A stretch of DNA of 57,138 bases, filler included, from Catajapyx aquilonaris (Eukaryota), in NCBI GenBank assembly GCA_000934665.2. It is 3 parts of 3 records of this genome, joined end to end, with 100 filler letters (N's around TTAATTAATTAA, not from the genome) between each part and the next. Parts side by side here need not be neighbours in the genome. Positions count along the whole stretch, not along the records: positions 1 to 18,963 come from KZ539558.1; positions 19,064 to 38,076 come from JYFJ02006560.1; 1 more part is not named here. One strand, 5' to 3'. The notes beneath the pieces were generated by a model. That model saw nothing but the letters and a program-made list of their open reading frames with translations, did not search any database and was not told where the DNA came from. This document shows, piece after piece, positions 12,812-26,500 of the stretch (its first letter is position 1; each line of letters starts with the position of its first letter). The translations under genes were made by a program, and so were the position numbers.

Positions 12812-14029
12812 TACAAAAAAATTTATCAATAGACATGATGTTTGTGTGCATAAGTTTGTTCTAGCATGCTGCAAGGTAGTTTTTTTGGAGTAAGTTTTTA
12901 AGCTTTGTAACTGCCCAAATGGTCCATATGTGCTGGATGTCGTACATTAATTAAGAAAAAAATCCCTTGTACCCAGGCAAGCAGAGCCAATGCAGTCACG
13001 GGCGGAAGCAGGGTGCTGGCACAACTTTATTCATACACACTTCTACTTGTGCCCACTTGCCTGGCTGCTTTCCGCTGCTTGTGGGGGTACAAGACAGTTT
13101 TTTCCAGCACTGTAGGCCTACTATGTTCAACGTAATAGCAAAGGGTATTATTTGGGCTAATTGATAAGGCCAGATTTTTCTCTACTATAGGCTACCATTA
13201 TCTGGTAAAGGCAGTGTTTATTTATGTTGTGCTCTCTTACACCTTTTTACATGCAGGCATGTGATGTGAATGCTAGAGCAACCACAATCTCACTAATTCT
13301 ACTCTTCATTGAGTGTGACTGTTGGCCAAAGTTGAAATTTGACCCAACAGGCACCGTTAATATTACAAATATTCAAAACTACTGAGGCAAGATTTATGAC
13401 TAATGGGCTCTTGGTATTGGAGATGGAATTTCCATGTACAAAAAGGATATTATGGGAAAGATGTATCTGAGGCAAAGGAATGAGGAATTAGGCGATAATG
13501 AAAGCGCCTTCACCCAGGATGTTGCGCGCCCCTAGGTGTGATAGTTTCCGTGAACTGTTGACTGTCAAGTCTGCTGCAGTTGGTCGAGCCCTGACCAACT
13601 TGAAGCTTTAGCACTCGAACTTCGGTCAGGATGGAAATGATGATGGCCTGCAGGAAAAAGTAACATGCTGTAATGCTTTTGGTTAGAGTTTGATATTCAT
13701 GCATGTATTGGAACCATTTTAGTGCAAAAAGTACTTCTACGATCAGATGCAAGGTGAAATGTTTCTCCATTAGGAAAGCATTCATTCAATTACCGCAGTG
13801 GGAACTAGGGCCCATATTTCTTGAAACTGACAATTCTGTTTCAGAAAGCAAGAAGCTGCATTTGAGGCCATCCATAAATTGTCATGCTATGGTCACTACA
13901 TAACTTCTTACACTTCTCCCTATGTCACACTTATGTAACAATTGGCTGTAAGCTTCTGGAACCTTGTCATACTAGGTATTTAGAAGGCAATGAAAAAAAA
14001 AGTCATGGTTCTAGCCATAACCTAATATA

Positions 14030-14737
14030 CAGAGTCATCAAAAAAGAAAGCCCCAATTTTAAAACCCTATCGCTCGAAAACTTGTAGACATATCTAAATG
14101 ATTTAAGTTTTGAAATGCTAAGAAATGTCTAAAGTTTTGGTCTTACCATAGTTTGTTTCGATATGAGCTCCATTTGTCGCTTGGAAAATGTAAATACTGT
14201 AATCGGTGTTGTTCCTAGCCCGCTCAGGCATGTCTGGCGTTACCATGGAAATCTTATCCCGTGTGTGCTGGATATGCTGAATCATTTCACCATCCATGTG
14301 TCTCCACAAAAAGTCCATCAGGGTAAGATCTAGGCTCCCGGGAGGGCTAGGCATTGAGAAACTTCTCATTCAAGACTTTGCACACTGGGAGGCTGAACAA
14401 ATTAAACATTCCTACGGCAGTTTTGTTTCATGGATGAGTTGACTTTTTATGTGCATCATCAAGAACCATGTGTGCAGTATAAAGACCCATCTTATCCAGC
14501 ACCTACGGGATAGAATTGCAATTATGGTAACTCCAGATATGACTGAGCGGGTTTGGCACGACAATAAATACCGCCTTTTCAATCTGCTGAGCGACAAATG
14601 AAGCCCATATTGAAACGAAGATGAGACAAAAACTTAAGACATTTCTTAGAATTTCAAAACTTAAATCATTTAGATATGTCTACAAGTTTTTGAGTTATAG
14701 GATTTTAAAATTGGGACATTCTTTTTCGATGACCCTG
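14030..14737. mobile_element. Mariner-derived foldback element whose two arms both carry the decayed transposase 3' end
   Basis: TA|CAGAGTCATC...GATGACCCTG|TA. Minus frame reads SPPGSLDLTLMDFLW...VTPDM...ATNGAHIE (cf. mariner WPPRSPDLTPLDFFLW); the plus arm reads ...LRDRIAIMVTPDMTERVWHD... Confidence 0.8.
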
Positions 14738-14971
14738 TACATCGAGAGAACAATAGGCTTGCATGTCTCACACAGATTCCCATGTAGTGCTAGTGTTTAC
14801 AGAATCACAATATTTTTTGTCACATTTTAAATGCCTAGTGTAGCCTGGGCCTTACAGGAAAAGCTGACCAATGTTTGTTCCCATTTGCAAAAGTTGTCAA
14901 ATAAGAGCACGCAATATAATTATACTGTATTTTGCCTGACATCACTTTACATTTCTGTAATTTGGAATTTA

Positions 14972-15123
14972 AGGTGCGTTTACATGTGGGCGATTTGACG
15001 AGCGAAGTCTTCGCCGAGGCTGAAATTAACAATCGAATTTCACCTTAAACAATATTGGTTACTTGGGTTACTCCGCCTTGGCGACGACTTCGCTCGTCAA
15101 ATCGCTCACATGTAAACACACCT
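14972..15123. mobile_element. PIF/Harbinger-type MITE
   Basis: TTA|AGGTGCGTTTACATGTGGGCGATTTGACGAGCG...CGCTCGTCAAATCGCTCACATGTAAACACACCT|TTA. Confidence 0.8.
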
Positions 15124-16600
15124 TTAAGGTTCCCTTGGACAGTGTGACACAGGACACATCCAAAATCTCCACCCCTTTTGGCGCAATGTAATTTAAGGAT
15201 AGCTCCTGTGTGCAAAATAATTCCATGATCTTCACATTCGACATACTCAAGCTCAAAGCTAGAATTGGCCTGCCATTAATGTCAATTCCACCAGCAACTT
15301 TGGAATGTAGCATAGAATGACTCAAACACACTATGCCTGTTTCACCAAAAGTTGAAATACTCGCAAATAGGCAGGACAGCTATCACTCTGGACTAGCAAT
15401 GAGGAATAGCTTGCCAGAGCCATCTTGAGATGCCTACCTTGTACTGTACACCATACAGTTGCTGGTGGAAAGTGGCAGGTGAATTCAAGGTTGCCATATT
15501 AGGCAGCTTGGGCAGTAACTCCCTGAGTGGTAAATATCTGTAATCTGGTGTATTTGCTGAAAAGTCCCATGCTGATCAATGATGTGCATGCCGCATGACA
15601 TCCCCTGAACACCCACTTTTAAAGAATACAGGGTGTTCATGACCATACTTCTTGTCCGGCCTGTTCAAGTCCAAACACTTGCAGGGCAAAGCATCATCCG
15701 AAACAAGCAAATCTCAGTAAACAAGGCAACTGACAAAAATCGCATGTAAGCTCTGGAAGAAGCTATAAAAGAAGGTAGGCCAGAACTATCAGACATTCCT
15801 CCAGATTTATTTGTGGTAATAATACCCGTATAATTTTTTTTAAACATTCCAGATGATAGACAAGAAGTAAAGAGCCCTTGAACCTAGATCAGGACAGGAT
15901 GCTAATTGTACCAGTAAAATTATTTTTGTCTCCTAGTTGAGAAAATCACAGGCCTTATGAAGTGCTTCTTGTGCAGGCATGCAATGTGCGGAGTACCATT
16001 AGTCTCATTTCCCTTGGTACTTACCAACACATTCCAGGTTAGAGAAGGGAGAAATTGACCATATTTATTTTCCTACTGTCAGTACTGGTACTCTTCTCTT
16101 TGTGTGACAATTGATAAAACATGCCACAACTACTCTCAACAATGTTTTAATGTCAGTACAATGCACAAGGTGATTGAATAGCTTTTGATTAGTTTTTCCA
16201 TGCATGACACTAGCTGGAATACAACTGTATGACACATTATGACTGAAATAGTTTTCATATTTACTGGAAGATCTTCACAGACATTTTGCATAATAATAAA
16301 GGAATAGTGCCTTAGCCAGGAATCGAACATGGATGTCCAAGTATTGCGCTTGTGAATGACCCTAAAAGATTACTTTTTTTCTTCCACCCAATTTTGTCTT
16401 GAAGGAAAGGAAAAGGGGAAGAAAAATCGATCCCCCCTCTCCTCTCTCTCTCTCTCTCTCACTGCAATATACCTCATTTCTTGGTAATTTGCTTTGCAAT
16501 ATCTTCCCTATTACAACTTGAGTAAACAGTCCCAATTCCCACCTCTCAACAGGATTTAATGTACCGTAGCTAATACTGAAAATAAAAGTAACTAATTTAA

Positions 16601-17799
16601 CCCTAATAAGACAGGTGGTTTATCGCGTTTTTGCAAGTATTTGCAAAAAATTCGCTTTCTTTGGGACTTGGGGGACGATACTTCAAAACACTAGTGAATA
16701 AGATCGTATAGTGTCCAGGCTTGATCCTGAGGCCATCTATGTGACCCTCCTCTCATGCTTACGCAGTGGAAACTCTCATATGCATAACAAGGTGGCACAG
16801 AGGCGTATGTTTCGCGCTTACTCCAATTTTTTGTGACTCTGCCTGATTGGCAAAAAATTATCGGTATGTATCCTTGGCATCGCTGAATAAAGCAGTACAT
16901 AAACACATAGCATGAATTACAGCACAGGCCTGCCAAGCCAGCTGTGTTGATAAACACTCACGAGTATAAACATCCTTGAGCCACAGCTATTCAAAATCCG
17001 CGTGGGACATGCGCCCCTCGAGCCATACAAAGGCCGGAGTTGAAGTGCGCAGACGCCCGGCAGCTGATAATTGGCATTTACGAACATTATTTATTTTAAA
17101 ACTATTAAATCATCTTTTGCACTAATATTAGGGTGGAATCTCTTGAGGAGGTTTGGGGGCAACTATGAATGGCGAAAATTTGCCTGTCAAGGTCGGATTT
17201 TTTTTTTTTTAAGTATTTTTTTCAGCGGCCGCAAGAAGATGATTTCCTTCTTTTTTTTTTATTGATACCCCGTGCTCCAGCCTTCGGCTCGTTTAGGGGG
17301 GTGGCATACCACCATCAGTTTTCTGTTTTTTTTCCTTCAATCTCCGTGCAAGGGTTGGTTCAGGATATAGGGTAGGGAAAGGGATTGTTGGGGACGGGAC
17401 ACTTGTGCAGGTGCATTGTCCTATGGCTTTTGGGCCATGTGCAGTCCCCCAGGAGGTTAGGTTGCCAGACACCTCCTTGGTGCAGGTCAGAGACCCTCCC
17501 AACGCAGGTGAAAGGAAATTCCCCAGGCGGGGATCGAACCTGGGGCCTTTCACTCAGCAAGCCCAGACGTTACCATCTCGGCCACCACACCTCCCCCAGA
17601 TGATTTCATTCAAGTTAATCTGGTTAATCCGGTTTATTTATGCACGATTTTGTAGTCCAAAACTCGCGATTTTTTACGCGAGAGAAAATTAAAAGAGCCA
17701 CACAGAAACCACGTTACATAGTGGGAAAACGCTATAGTTTCGCCAGCAGAATTTTTTAAAGCCACTGTCACAGCATATGTGACGCCCGTCTTATTAGGG
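16601..17799. mobile_element. Non-autonomous piggyBac element containing a SINE insertion
   Basis: TTAA|CCCTAATAAGACAGG...CCCGTCTTATTAGGG|TTAA. Confidence 0.85.
17251..17597 (-). mobile_element. tRNA-derived SINE inserted in the piggyBac element
   Basis: Head GGTGTGGTGGCCGAGATGGTAACG...GGTTCGATCCC, poly(A) tail, 14-bp TSD agatgatttc(c/a)ttc. Confidence 0.85.
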
Positions 17800-17820
17800 T
17801 TAAATATTGGGAATTTTTAA

Positions 17821-18085
17821 GGGTCGCACAGTGGTCTGGTGGCTAGCACCGCAACCTTCCACCTTTGAGGTCCGGAGTTCGATCCCCGGGTCTGACAGAT
17901 GATACTTATGTGGAAAGAGTTTCGATTGGTTCTTTCCGCATTTGCCTAGGTTTTCTCAGGGCTCTCTCATGGCCCATGACCAAAACCCCTCACAGCAAAG
18001 GCAATCATTCAAGATAGTTAATGAAAAGATGATCCTGTAAAAGGCCCAAGGAGGTCTATCATAGGGTATCCATCATCATTATTAT
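17821..18085 (+). mobile_element. tRNA-derived SINE with a V-SINE-like central domain
   Basis: A box (GTGGTCTGGTGG), B box (GAGTTCGATCC), tgtggaaagagtt...ggttttctcagggctctc core, (cat/att)n tail, TSD tattgggaattttt. Confidence 0.8.
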
Positions 18086-18963
18086 TATTGGGAATTTTTG
18101 ATGCTTGTGCAGTGGTGCCCACCTCTTTCACTTAATGTTCAGCCCACTTCACAGGCCATGCCAATAAATTGCAAAGAATTTAAAGAGGCAGTTGGAGAGC
18201 AGGAATCTTGAATGCCACCTATGAGTGATAAACCCATACACAGTGTATCACAGTTGGGATAGTTTGAAATTGCTGAGCAACTGTTCCTGAGGAGGAGAGA
18301 GATGCTGGATGCTCCTCTGAAAAATTTTGCAAGCCAGAAATTTCCACGTGTATTTTGGGGGGCCTTGATTTATTTGGAGAAGCAAACAGAAAAATGCAGT
18401 GCACATTATGCCCACCCATCTCTTTTTGATATCTGCCACTTCCTACCAAGATTTCATGCTAAAGTTTCAGTGGACTCCAGCTTGAAGCTTGGTTTTTCTC
18501 TAACTGTTTAACTATGACTCTCCACACAATCTCCTTCCAATCTGGCAACACATAGTGTGTGGTAACAATAATTTCTTCGCCATAATTTTTTATCGTTCCT
18601 GAGAAATGACCCATAATCTAATATATATAATCCTCATATATGTCCTCAAGTCACTATGTGGGTTGTAACCAGGAATTTGACCAATGATGAGTACTTTGCT
18701 AAATTCAGCAGTGTAGTCAGTGGCTGTCAGCACTGCTGAGCTCTCCTACTGGTCAATCTCCACTGAGTTTAACAACGCTTTTGCTGCCTAGTTCCGGTTT
18801 TCCAAGATGGCTGCCATTCGACTCCAAGAAATTCAAATGAATTCAAACAAGGTGCCCCAGGCTAAAGGGCGTATTCCTTAACCCTACCTGGGCTCAACTG
18901 GCGCTTCCGAATGCGCATCACCGCTCTCCCGCCGTGACGTCACATGCGTGACGTCACATGTGG

Positions 18964-19063
18964 NNNNNNNNNNNNNNNNNNNNNNNNNNNNNNNNNNNNN
19001 NNNNNNNTTAATTAATTAANNNNNNNNNNNNNNNNNNNNNNNNNNNNNNNNNNNNNNNNNNNN
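18964..19063. other. Assembly gap with artificial TTAATTAATTAA linker
   Basis: 44 N + TTAATTAATTAA + 44 N; identical structure at 38077-38176. Confidence 0.95.
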
Positions 19064-19253
19064 CACGGACGGGACAAGGATAGGAATGGAAGGGATCGGC
19101 TGTGGCTTATTGCTTAGGAAGCAACCCCGGAATTCTCCTGTGTGGACCGTGAGAAACCACTGAAAACCACGGGTATAGGATCGCCTGCCCCGGGGCTCGA
19201 ACCCAGGACATCTCGATTAGCAGTCGGACGCCTTATGCACTCCACCAAACTGC
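19064..19253 (-). mobile_element. tRNA-derived SINE (truncated by the gap), related to 38367-38668
   Basis: Minus head gcagtttggtggagtgcataaggcgtccgacTGCTAAtcgagatgtcctgggttcgagcccc and a ggttttcagtggtttc body. Confidence 0.75.
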
Positions 19254-20290
19254 TTTGGTACAACTTGTTTATTAAAACTCGCATTTAGTGAAAGTGATAA
19301 TTGCGCATTAGGCTCCTTTTCCGTAAATCCGGCGCTGTTTGCGCTCCCTCCCCCCCAAAAATTTCTGGATCCGCCCCTGCTTTTAAGCGACTAGAAATGT
19401 GGAATGTGCAATAACCTGCTTCATGGTAGGTTTGGTAAGACATATGCTGTTAATTAGTGCAAGCAAGTAACTGCATAGTGTATTTGGAAGGGCCAAGAAT
19501 ACCGTACACATAGCATGGAGGAGTAGCACAATCAATTTATCGGGGCCAATTAGAAGCCTCGGTCAAACAACGAAGGATTTTAATAATAGAGATCCTGTAG
19601 AAAATTAGAGTGTGGCTGGAAAGTTTCATTCCAACAGAATGTGTGGAGTGATAGTTTGGAGTATTGTTATTTTATTTATTTCTTTGTTACCCCTGTCTTT
19701 TTCGGGGGACACCCACCTCACACTTATAATTATATATAATTTACATCCTCAGTTTAGGCTTCATCTTCTCAATACTAATTTATTACATTTCAATGTCGCA
19801 GAACAGCAGTTTTTTGTTTATCATTTCCAAAAAAAAAAAGCGAATAATGTCCTCGTTACACAAGTTTTGGAAAACAGTGTGAAATAGGTAACAAAATGTG
19901 TTAAGGGTGCTTGTGCTTGGTCAGCTGCTGACCATAATGCTACTGTTATCTCTTTTTTAATAATGCTGAAAACCATTTTTCCGTTCATAATCAGAGAAAA
20001 AAGAAAAAAAAATCAGAATAACTATGCCAGTCATTAGGTAAAGAACTGCAAGAAATCCTGCTTGTACATCAATCTAGATAATTATTATATGAGTAGGTTG
20101 ATTCGCCATATTGTTATGTACCGGTACTGTATAATTTTTTTTATAATAATGGCTCTCAAAAATGGCCAATATTTCATGTTGCAGCAGCAATAATTGCATC
20201 TCTACCAGTGATTGACTTAATGTAAATATGGAAATACATTAGAATTCAGAATTGTGAGTTATTTTCCTGGAATGAGACGGTCTCCCTCAC

Positions 20291-20581
20291 CTGTCCTCCA
20301 CTCCTTCCTGCCTCTTCCTCCTCCTCCTGAGGCTCCTCCTTGATTCGAACTACAGCGGCCTTCACCTGTCCTCCACTCCCTCCTGCCTCCCCCTTGTTGA
20401 ATCGAATGGTGACCCCCACCTGACCCCGACCAGTGAGCAGTCCTTCCTCCCCGTCCTGCAACTCCCTCTTGACCTCATCCCACTTGGAGTGTGTGAAGCT
20501 GTGCCCCAGGAGGAGGCATCTCCTGTCGAACACCTGGTCGCAGTACAGGCAGGGGAACCTCCCAGTGGCCATCCAGTCCAT
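20291..20581 (-). CDS. N-terminal coding exon of a C2H2 zinc-finger gene (one C2H2 finger plus acidic IKEEP linker)
   Basis: MDWMATGRFPCLYCDQVFDRRCLLLGHSFTH...[13 protein letters not shown]. Acceptor tttttag| before 20620, phase-0 donor cag|gtgagg at 20291. An in-frame stop upstream makes ATG 20581 the likely start. Downstream exons were not found and may lie in the gap. Confidence 0.65.
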
Positions 20582-23500
20582 CTTGAGGCCAACTCTGTCC
20601 ACCAGTCAGTAACTGATATCCTAAAAAGAGTAGAGTAAATGCAGTGTTATTGACCAATCTCAAATACCTGAGCAGTACCTGAGTTATATTAGGAGGGGCG
20701 TTGATAAAGCTTGCTGTTGAAGGAAAAGAGAGAAACGGTTCAGATTTCACACATGTGTTAGTCCTTCTCTCTATTTTAATCTTACAGAGCCGCACATTTT
20801 TCTGAGCGATGTACAACATGCCAGGCACCACATTGTAGAAGTCGACACTATGTGCTTGAAAAATGTTTCAATTTCTGTTGTCGTGGTCGGGGGGGGGGGG
20901 GGGGGCTTTTGTTTCTCCCATGACCCCGAAGAGCTATGCCAGCGGCAGTTACGTCTACTGGCAGGGTCTCCCAAGCCGGACAGGTCTTTGAGGCCATGGG
21001 AGAAACAAAAGTCCCCCCCCCCCTCCCTCTCTCTCTCTCTCTTCCTTCAACCTCAAGGCGCGAACTTTATGAACGCCCCTCGTAGATAGAGAGTCATGGA
21101 AAAAAAAACTAGGTTGTGCAATAAACTCTTAATCACCTCAAAAGCCCTCAATAATAATTAGTGATGTATTTACTTAAGAGCAGTCATATTTGGTGACAGA
21201 GTTGTTACCGGCACAACATGTTCACTTGTTCAGTTTCAATCCTGTTTAATCCCCAGTTTCAATCGCGAGAAAATTAGATATGCTTTGCCGAATTACCATG
21301 AATTTCCATGGAGCCAAATTCTTGGACATTGGACTGATGAAATGCCACACACGTTATTCTGGTTATAGGCTACAGTATTTGAGAGGAAACCAAATTCCAT
21401 AAGCGCCAGATAAGCGCATTCTCCTCGTGATTCTCTTTCATTTGATATACAGTACAGTATAATTATGTCGATTGGGTTTGGACCATTACCAATAACCGAA
21501 AAAAATTATCCAAAAAAAGGCCCATTTCCAAAATGTCGCGATTTTTTCCCCTCCCCACGGTATTTCCCAATTTAGTTGAAACTTGATATGCAGTGTTATG
21601 GCATAGGTGTGTACTACGACTGTGATTATTGTCAGCAAAGTCCGAGATGGTCTCGAACCATTTACATTTAGGGCCTCTTGATTGGGAAAAACTGATATAT
21701 TTGAGGATTTTGGTTTTTTGACTGCCCCAAATCAAAGACAAAATGAATGCCGGCCATTATGTGTTACGAGTGAATCAAGGAACACGGAAATGGCGACTTT
21801 CCATGGACAAATGGAAGAGCTCGGGCGCAAAACTACCAGTCCATTTTCGTGAAATTTGAGATAGCAACACCATGTAGTCAATGAGGAGGCCTTTAACAAT
21901 ATGGCGTAAAAGTCACGAAAAAAATCGCATGTCTCATCGTAGTCATTCACCTTGAAAGAAGTCGATTAGCGGAAATCATGCAGGGGTTCGTTTGCAAAAT
22001 TGCCTGAGTCCTTCAGAACCAATCGGGAGCAGATATTAGGTCACGTGACAAAATGGCAGCCTCCGTAGTGCAGGAAAAGCTGCAAAATATTTTATAACGA
22101 GGCGATTACCTCTGTTTCTGAACATTGTGACAGTGAATCATATGATGGCCGAGTTAAATACGCGGTGTCACACAAGTCCGGAACAATAGGTAGGCTCACT
22201 GGCGAGCATTGTTGGTTTCTAGTTATGCCAACTACTATCCAATTTTTAAAACTGGAACTATGATCTACATTTTACACGTTACCAGAAAGCCCTGGGAAAA
22301 CGAGTAGCCCGACAAGTGGATTCAGGCAGTGAAAATAATCCAGTTTGCTTCATGAGAGATGTTGATGAGCACTCACAAATCACTCCAGGGGCGGGCTGCC
22401 CCGGGGCGGATCCAAGGGGCTGAGCGACATACAGTCTTACCGGGACTGAAAAAAAAGCTGTTCCTTCTCTATATTAACATTAATTTCATTTGCATAAAAC
22501 GATGCACCGAAGCATTTAAATCACCGATTGTTGAACTTACGGACCAAGAGAATTGACCCCCAGTGCTCCCAACCCTCGAGATGCGCGTCCTCCGGCAGTC
22601 AAATCGCTGGGCCGTTCCAGCACTTCCCCTGGAGATAGGTCAACCTTGGAGCTATAGGTTCTGTTTCGAAACGAATCGGAAATGTGCCACTTCGGCCTCT
22701 AGTGGAGTCCCCCCCTCCCCCCTTCTCCTCCTTCCGCCGACCCCCACCCACTCCGAAAACCAGGTTGGGGAATTTTGCAGTTGGACGAAAGAAGGGTCAA
22801 GGGATAACTGATAAGGAATCCTGCACCGAAATATGCGCAAGTAAATGGCTACATGCAGGGAAAATCCAAGGGGAAAATCCGGTTCAAACCGATATGATGC
22901 GTCACAGGTAAATGGAAAAGGCTGGCTCAAATATGAATGCGGCTACTGGCTGCATAGCTCGCGGTTTGGTGCGAATCTTCACTAATATGCCGGAGATGCG
23001 ACTCCGTAATCTGCGAACCTTATTTCTGATCCACCTCTAACGTGCGCAATGTAACGATGAACCTCATGGAACCAGATAAAAAGCTTAAATAAAAACTTTG
23101 CTCGCTCCTCCTGTCGTGATTTTTCAATTGGAAGACATTGCAAAATTATTGCGATTTTAAAATTCGCATCTTTTCAAAACCCAGTCGATGTAAGATGATT
23201 GTGTATCAGGCAGTCGCAGGTTGCTGTCCTCGCGACTTGTATTGGCGTGTAAACAAGACCACAATTATTACACTAACTTGTCTAAAGTAGATCTAACGGC
23301 CAGACCTATCATGGAGATACACAGCCATCAACATTTCCATTTTTTCCGTCCCTAAGTTGACCTTGTTTGATTGTTGACGGTTGCACAATGGCAACATATT
23401 TGGTCGACCCCTTTTTTTTTGACAGAGAGTGACTTATTAGCACAGCCACCACTGAAAACACGAGTTATCTGCTGTAAGCTTACCAATTATTGACGTGAAT

Positions 23501-26500
23501 CACACCAGGTCAGAATCCAACTCCATGAAGACCAATCCACGCTGCACTTTTCTCACTCTTGAAGCCACCAGCTCGCTGCAGCAGAAGAACCGCAGTGGTG
23601 TGGTCACTTGGCTAGACTGGCCACCACTGAGTGGTGACTGGTGACTGGTGACTGAGGAGAGTGAGTCATTGTTCAACTCTTCAAGACCTCGGCTGACCTC
23701 GGCACGCGACATCGGGGCGCCCGCTGAACTTTCATTGGGCCAAGGGAAAGAAAGGGGCAGAGAAAGGGGAATGCGGAAACCTTGCAGTGATTGGCTGGTT
23801 GGTGTCGAGTACGGAGTGTACTTGCCGTTCCTTGACAATTGACATACTGTTGTTACCATCATATTATTAATAATGTATATAATTCAGAGAATCATTTTGC
23901 ACATTTGCGCCAGATTTTATACGCGCAGCATGCTTTCCCGAAAGTTGCTTTTACTTTTTTCAGGGTCATCAAATTTTGGGTTGTACATCTGATAAAAATT
24001 ACGTGATCAGTTTCGCATGAAAACCTGTCGTGGGTGATTTCCATATTTCACAGCAACAACATTTTAAGAAGAAATTTTAAAGTATAGTTGCTCAAGTGCA
24101 GCAGACTGTATTCGTCATTGACGTGTCTTATATGGGAGTATGGGACTGGCCAACTGACCGCCCCTCGCGGCGAACTCACAGCAAATATTCTATACTGTAT
24201 GCTACAATTATTATTGGTGTGTTGCCTCTAATCCTCTATAGTCCATACTATTACAAACGCGTATAATTGGAGCAGGCTATGATAAACAAAATACCGTAAA
24301 TAAATTGTTGCGCCAGAAATAGCCTCCCTAGTCCGAAATATCGCCCTGACATATGACCTTGTCGACAAGCATGTTTTCCTTTGTGGGATTTGAGCCCCCC
24401 CCCCCTCCCCCCACTTAAAAAAAGGGGTGGCAGACCAGAAGTGACCCTTCCTGCACCCTGCCCTCCAGCAACAGCAGAAGACACCACTAAACCAGAAGTG
24501 AGGGAGTCCCAGGGTCGGGGAGGGTCTGTCTGTAAAGTGACAAAGGAAAAAGGTGCAGTGTTTCAGAAAGGTCAAAGGCTTGTTGTAATCTTTCGGGCAA
24601 ACACAGGAAGGCCACAAGCCGGCCCCTGGGGCTTTGGCTGCCGTTACGTGCATTATCCGGGAATGCCCGAAGATTTTTTTATGAGTCTTATTGTTGGCCA
24701 TCTGTTCCTAAATAGAGGCGACATTTGGTACGGAGTTGTCCTTCTTCCACCATCCCACCCGCCGAAGGACAAAAAAGCGGCCCATACGATTGTGTCGCCA
24801 AAAGTAATTAATTGAATACTGTGAGTGAACCACTGGTTTACCTAAGTGGAGATGCTGTGGACCTATTTATCATGCAAATGCATGACCTCGTATCGCAATT
24901 GAAAGGCTTCTTTCATGTCCCCTATATTTCGTGAGCTATTAAGGAAACAATCATTTTGCACTCCAAGTTTATGCTAGGTCACTCAAAGTGACGTTTCCCC
25001 TTGCTAACCTTATCTCCTCATTTTGCACCCTTTCGTACACCACCAACATCGAGTATGTTTTGCACCTCTCTCCTTATGCGAAAAATTGCACTCAAAGCAA
25101 GTTGCTCGCGGTAGCGCTGGTCATTCCAATAAAATTGTCAGTTTGTGGACCACACCAAAAAGTGGCTTTCACAACTCGATTCTCTTTCGTTTTATGGATT
25201 TTTGGCTACAGTATACTCTGACTCTACAGTACACACTGGTGAAAGTTTTATTATTATTTTACCACCAATAAGAAAGAGTTTTGCACGCCCTCCAAGTGAC
25301 CTGTTTTTGGGGAATCAACACTGCACTCCAACTATCCATGCTGCTGGGAGTAATGTACGTACAGTACAGTACCCCCCACGCAATAAGCTTGTTACATGTC
25401 TGAGGTCTGACCCCGTCACACATTAAGGCCCATAATTCACACAGTGCTGTGAACTAACTTCGACCCATTTCTGAGAAAAAACCCAAAAAATTGTCCTACT
25501 CATTCCCATTATTGTTTCCTATATATTATTACTTTATAGTGAAGATTTATCATACGCAGCAGAGGAATTTGACTGACCTGCGCGTTGAAACTCAAAAAGC
25601 AACATGACAGTGTTAACTCAAAAATTTAAAATTTGGAAGAAACTGCAGCTAGGGGCCAGTGGAGGACAGTGTTCAATGCCAACATACTAGTATTGGAGCA
25701 TATCAATTGGCGCGACAGTTTAGATCATAATTTTCCAGAGATGGACAATTTGATCAGAAATCCATTTGAGATTTCTTTGCCACTTTTGCACATGTCAGTG
25801 CAGGATCGGAAATGATCATTGAAATTTCCACGAATGGAGGCGGTTTGTTTGAATTTGTGCCAAAAACACAGTTCCTGAAATTGTCCCACAGGATCATTAG
25901 TGTCACACAATTTCAGGAACTGTTATTCTTTATGCTCCTTCTGTATAAGATAAGACAACCATAAGTAAAGCATCAACCCCTCTCCAAGATTGGGTATGGT
26001 CTTGTAAGGTTCTGAAGTAGTATCCAAACTTTCAAAATAATGGTGTCAGATATGACATAATAATGGGATATACGGGATACAATGGGATTCCGTGTAATAG
26101 CGGAACCTTGTCTATTACATAAACCCTGCATAAAACATACCTTGAATCGGCGCTTGGCCTGACAAATGACATACCGTACGTTGCTGAAGGCGTCGTAACA
26201 TATCCTGCTGGGAAAGGAAGTGCGGGAAAGAGGGGCATAATACGTATTTAGGTCTCTTGACGATCAGTGCTTCAAATTATGACAAGCACCCAGTGTAATT
26301 ATTTGGATCAAGATTTTAGTTTTATTTCCGGGATAAATAAATGAACACAGATTCTCGCTAATAATTATGCTCTGGCTTTTCTTACACAACAACAATCAGC
26401 ATCTCGCTTTAACCCTTTTACAAGCCAAAATGTCATTTCATTGTATTTTGCAAACATACGGCAATGTGCGGAAAAGATTAATACCATCAAACACGGGGCA

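Noticed and set aside
19008..19019. TTAATTAATTAA island inside N runs (also 38121-38132)
   Set aside because: Identical, centred, and stops all reading frames: an assembly linker, not biology.
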